DNA from: an uncultured Verrucomicrobiota bacterium
Lineage (GTDB): Bacteria; Verrucomicrobiota; Kiritimatiellia; RFP12; UBA1067
Reading direction: 5' to 3'
Assembly: GCA_946055075.1 (NCBI GenBank)
Contig: CAMGEN010000005.1
Location: 2,098 to 66,097, forward strand
Length of the DNA: 64,000 nt
Positions 62,882 through 64,000 of the stretch are shown piece after piece (position 1 is the stretch's first letter; the number at the start of each line of letters is the position of its first letter). The notes under the pieces were generated by a model that was not told where the DNA came from, searched no databases, and saw only the letters and a program-made list of their open reading frames with translations. The translations under genes and the position numbers were made by a program.

Positions 62882-63325
62882 ATGAACAAGATCATGACAA
62901 TTCTGGCGGTTGGGCTCGTGGTGGCCGGTGCGGTGACGTGCCGTGCGGAGACCAAGACGACGGTGCGGGACTCCCTGGGACGGATCACGGCGACCGTGAC
63001 GACTGACCGCAACGGCAAGACGACGGTCCGCGATTCCCTCGGCAGGATCCAGGGGACTTCGACAACCGACCGTAACGGCAAGACGACGGTCCGCGATTCC
63101 CTCGGCAGGATCCAGGGGACTTCGACAACCGACCGTAACGGCAAGACGACTTACCGCGACTGCCTCGGACGCACCCAGGGGACGAAGACGACGGACCGCA
63201 ACGGCAAGACCACGTGGCGTGACGCGACCGGACGTGTCCAGGGGACGTCTACCACCGACCGCAACGGCAAGACCACTTTCCGTGACAGCAGCGGACGGAT
63301 TACCGGCACCAAGCTGAAACGGTGA
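62882..63325 (+). CDS. small secreted protein made of six 21-aa tandem repeats (KTTxRDxxGRxxGTxTTDRNG; YD/Rhs-repeat-like)
   Basis: Signal peptide MNKIMTILAVGLVVAGAVTCRA followed by a 63-nt periodicity. Units 63017-63079 and 63080-63142 are identical at nucleotide level. Confidence 0.75.
   Translation: MNKIMTILAVGLVVAGAVTCRAETKTTVRDSLGRITATVTTDRNGKTTVRDSLGRIQGTSTTDRNGKTTVRDSLGRIQGTSTTDRNGKTTYRDCLGRTQGTKTTDRNGKTTWRDATGRVQGTSTTDRNGKTTFRDSSGRITGTKLKR
62954..63322 (+). repeat. 63-nt tandem repeat x6 (coding)
   Basis: Units start at 62954, 63017, 63080, 63143, 63206 and 63269. Units 2 and 3 are identical. Confidence 0.9.
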
Positions 63326-63337
63326 AACGCCGCGGGG

Positions 63338-64000
63338 TTATTCCGCGAAGGCGGAGATCGAGAAGGGGAGGAGATTACAGGTGTATTTCCTGCCATCGAT
63401 CTTGACTGCGATGATCTTCGGCTGAGCGGAGTCGTTGGCGAACAGGACGGCCACGGTTCCGTCCGCATTGCGGAACGCGAGCTCGTTGAGATCGCCACGA
63501 GTCAGAAGCCGCGTTGCTCCCTTACGGATGTACGTCGAGAGCATCTTCATCAGGTAGTACTCGCGGTTGAACACGGACTTCTTCGTCTTACGGTCGACGG
63601 TAACGAGCGAGTTCTGCGGCCAGCCCCAACGGCTCCGCTGGTCGTCCGTCAGCGCGAGGTTCCAGTAGTTGTAGTACGAGGCGCCTTGTCCGAGGAAGGT
63701 GCGCGCGACCTTCCAGGAGTGGAAGAGTTCGGCGCGGTCGTTCTTTCCGGCATTACATTCGTGCTCGGTCATCACCAGCGTGAGGTCGGGATAGCGGCGG
63801 TGAACCGCGCCGATGGCGCAGCGTCCTTCCCATTGGAAGCCCGCGCCGGTCACGTATTTGCGTCCGTCGGTCCGGTCAAGGACGTCACGGACCTTCTCGA
63901 TCGACCGCTCTTCGATCGTGCCCATGTAGATTTCGGTGCCGGATCCCGCAAGCGCCGGACCGAGATAGTCGACGGTAAATTCCGCGAGCGATCGTCCCCG
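63338..64000 (-). CDS. glycoside hydrolase family 30 (glucosylceramidase-like), C-terminal part; 5' end outside window
   Basis: The minus-strand frame is open from 63338 to the window end; no stop lies upstream of the ORF-track Met at 63925. VMTEHECNAG resembles the GH30 nucleophile block. WNLALTDD...GWPQN and the C-terminal beta-sandwich pattern are GH30-like. Confidence 0.7.
   Translation of the reverse strand, partial: RGRSLAEFTVDYLGPALAGSGTEIYMGTIEERSIEKVRDVLDRTDGRKYVTGAGFQWEGRCAIGAVHRRYPDLTLVMTEHECNAGKNDRAELFHSWKVARTFLGQGASYYNYWNLALTDDQRSRWGWPQNSLVTVDRKTKKSVFNREYYLMKMLSTYIRKGATRLLTRGDLNELAFRNADGTVAVLFANDSAQPKIIAVKIDGRKYTCNLLPFSISAFAE

Noticed and set aside
62773-63006. 77-aa + strand ORF overlapping the 20-bp repeats and the start of the repeat-protein gene
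   Set aside because: It is out of frame with the signal-peptide-bearing ORF at 62882, is Gly/Arg-rich, and has no SD. It is most likely a by-product of the G+C-rich repeats.
1-64000. Scan for tRNA, rRNA, transposase, integrase, reverse transcriptase or toxin-antitoxin pairs
   Set aside because: None of the intergenic regions shows tRNA-like T-arm/acceptor features, and no ORF translation shows DDE, tyrosine-recombinase or RT motifs. Mobility of the accessory segment therefore cannot be supported from this window.

Overview
A 64-kb bacterial chromosomal window in which every convincing gene except the last lies on the + strand, with many 1-4 nt stop/start overlaps. I found no rRNA, tRNA, CRISPR array, transposase or integrase. 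Gene content and architecture suggest a PVC-group organism (Verrucomicrobiota, Kiritimatiellota or Lentisphaerota-like); that placement is inference. Contents in order: (1) a giant ORF of more than 5,665 aa that runs off the 5' edge, built from TSP3-like Ca-binding repeats, a LamG domain and repeated beta-sandwich modules. (2) ackA-pta-kdsD. (3) A five-gene type-IV-pilus-like cluster: secreted protein, PilM-PilN fusion, Amuc_1100-like protein, Zn-ribbon/TSP3 protein and secretin. (4) A housekeeping run: coaE, rho, uvrA, a GT2, a stand-alone GMP synthase ATP-PPase, argC, a PHP phosphatase, a GH20, ispF, a beta-helix protein and a CNNM pair. (5) A 1,706-aa C10 (streptopain-like) protease/beta-helix surface protein. 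(6) recA, queC, nhaC, a serine-hydrolase/esterase fusion and an ArfB-like GGQ protein. (7) A more A+T-rich accessory stretch (~54.6-63.3 kb) holding two paralogous AAA+/DUF4143 ATPases that flank a Sel1 / TM-protein / Zn-ribbon-PrsW / Zn-ribbon-DUF805 cassette, then a secreted 21-aa tandem-repeat mini-protein. (8) A partial GH30 on the minus strand. The most unusual signal is a set of heptanucleotide-periodic repeat elements. Full ~90-100 nt imperfect palindromes sit in frame inside uvrA (two copies) and argC. Single arms of the same families sit immediately upstream of start codons (pta, arfB-like, nhaC, argC). Related heptamer runs lie in frame in uvrA, the CNNM gene and the hydrolase, and in the ispF and rho leaders. 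Other leads are a C-terminal tail shared by the two largest surface proteins, a long structured leader with a terminator-like hairpin before the Sel1 cassette, and recurrent TGGTATAAT extended -10 boxes.
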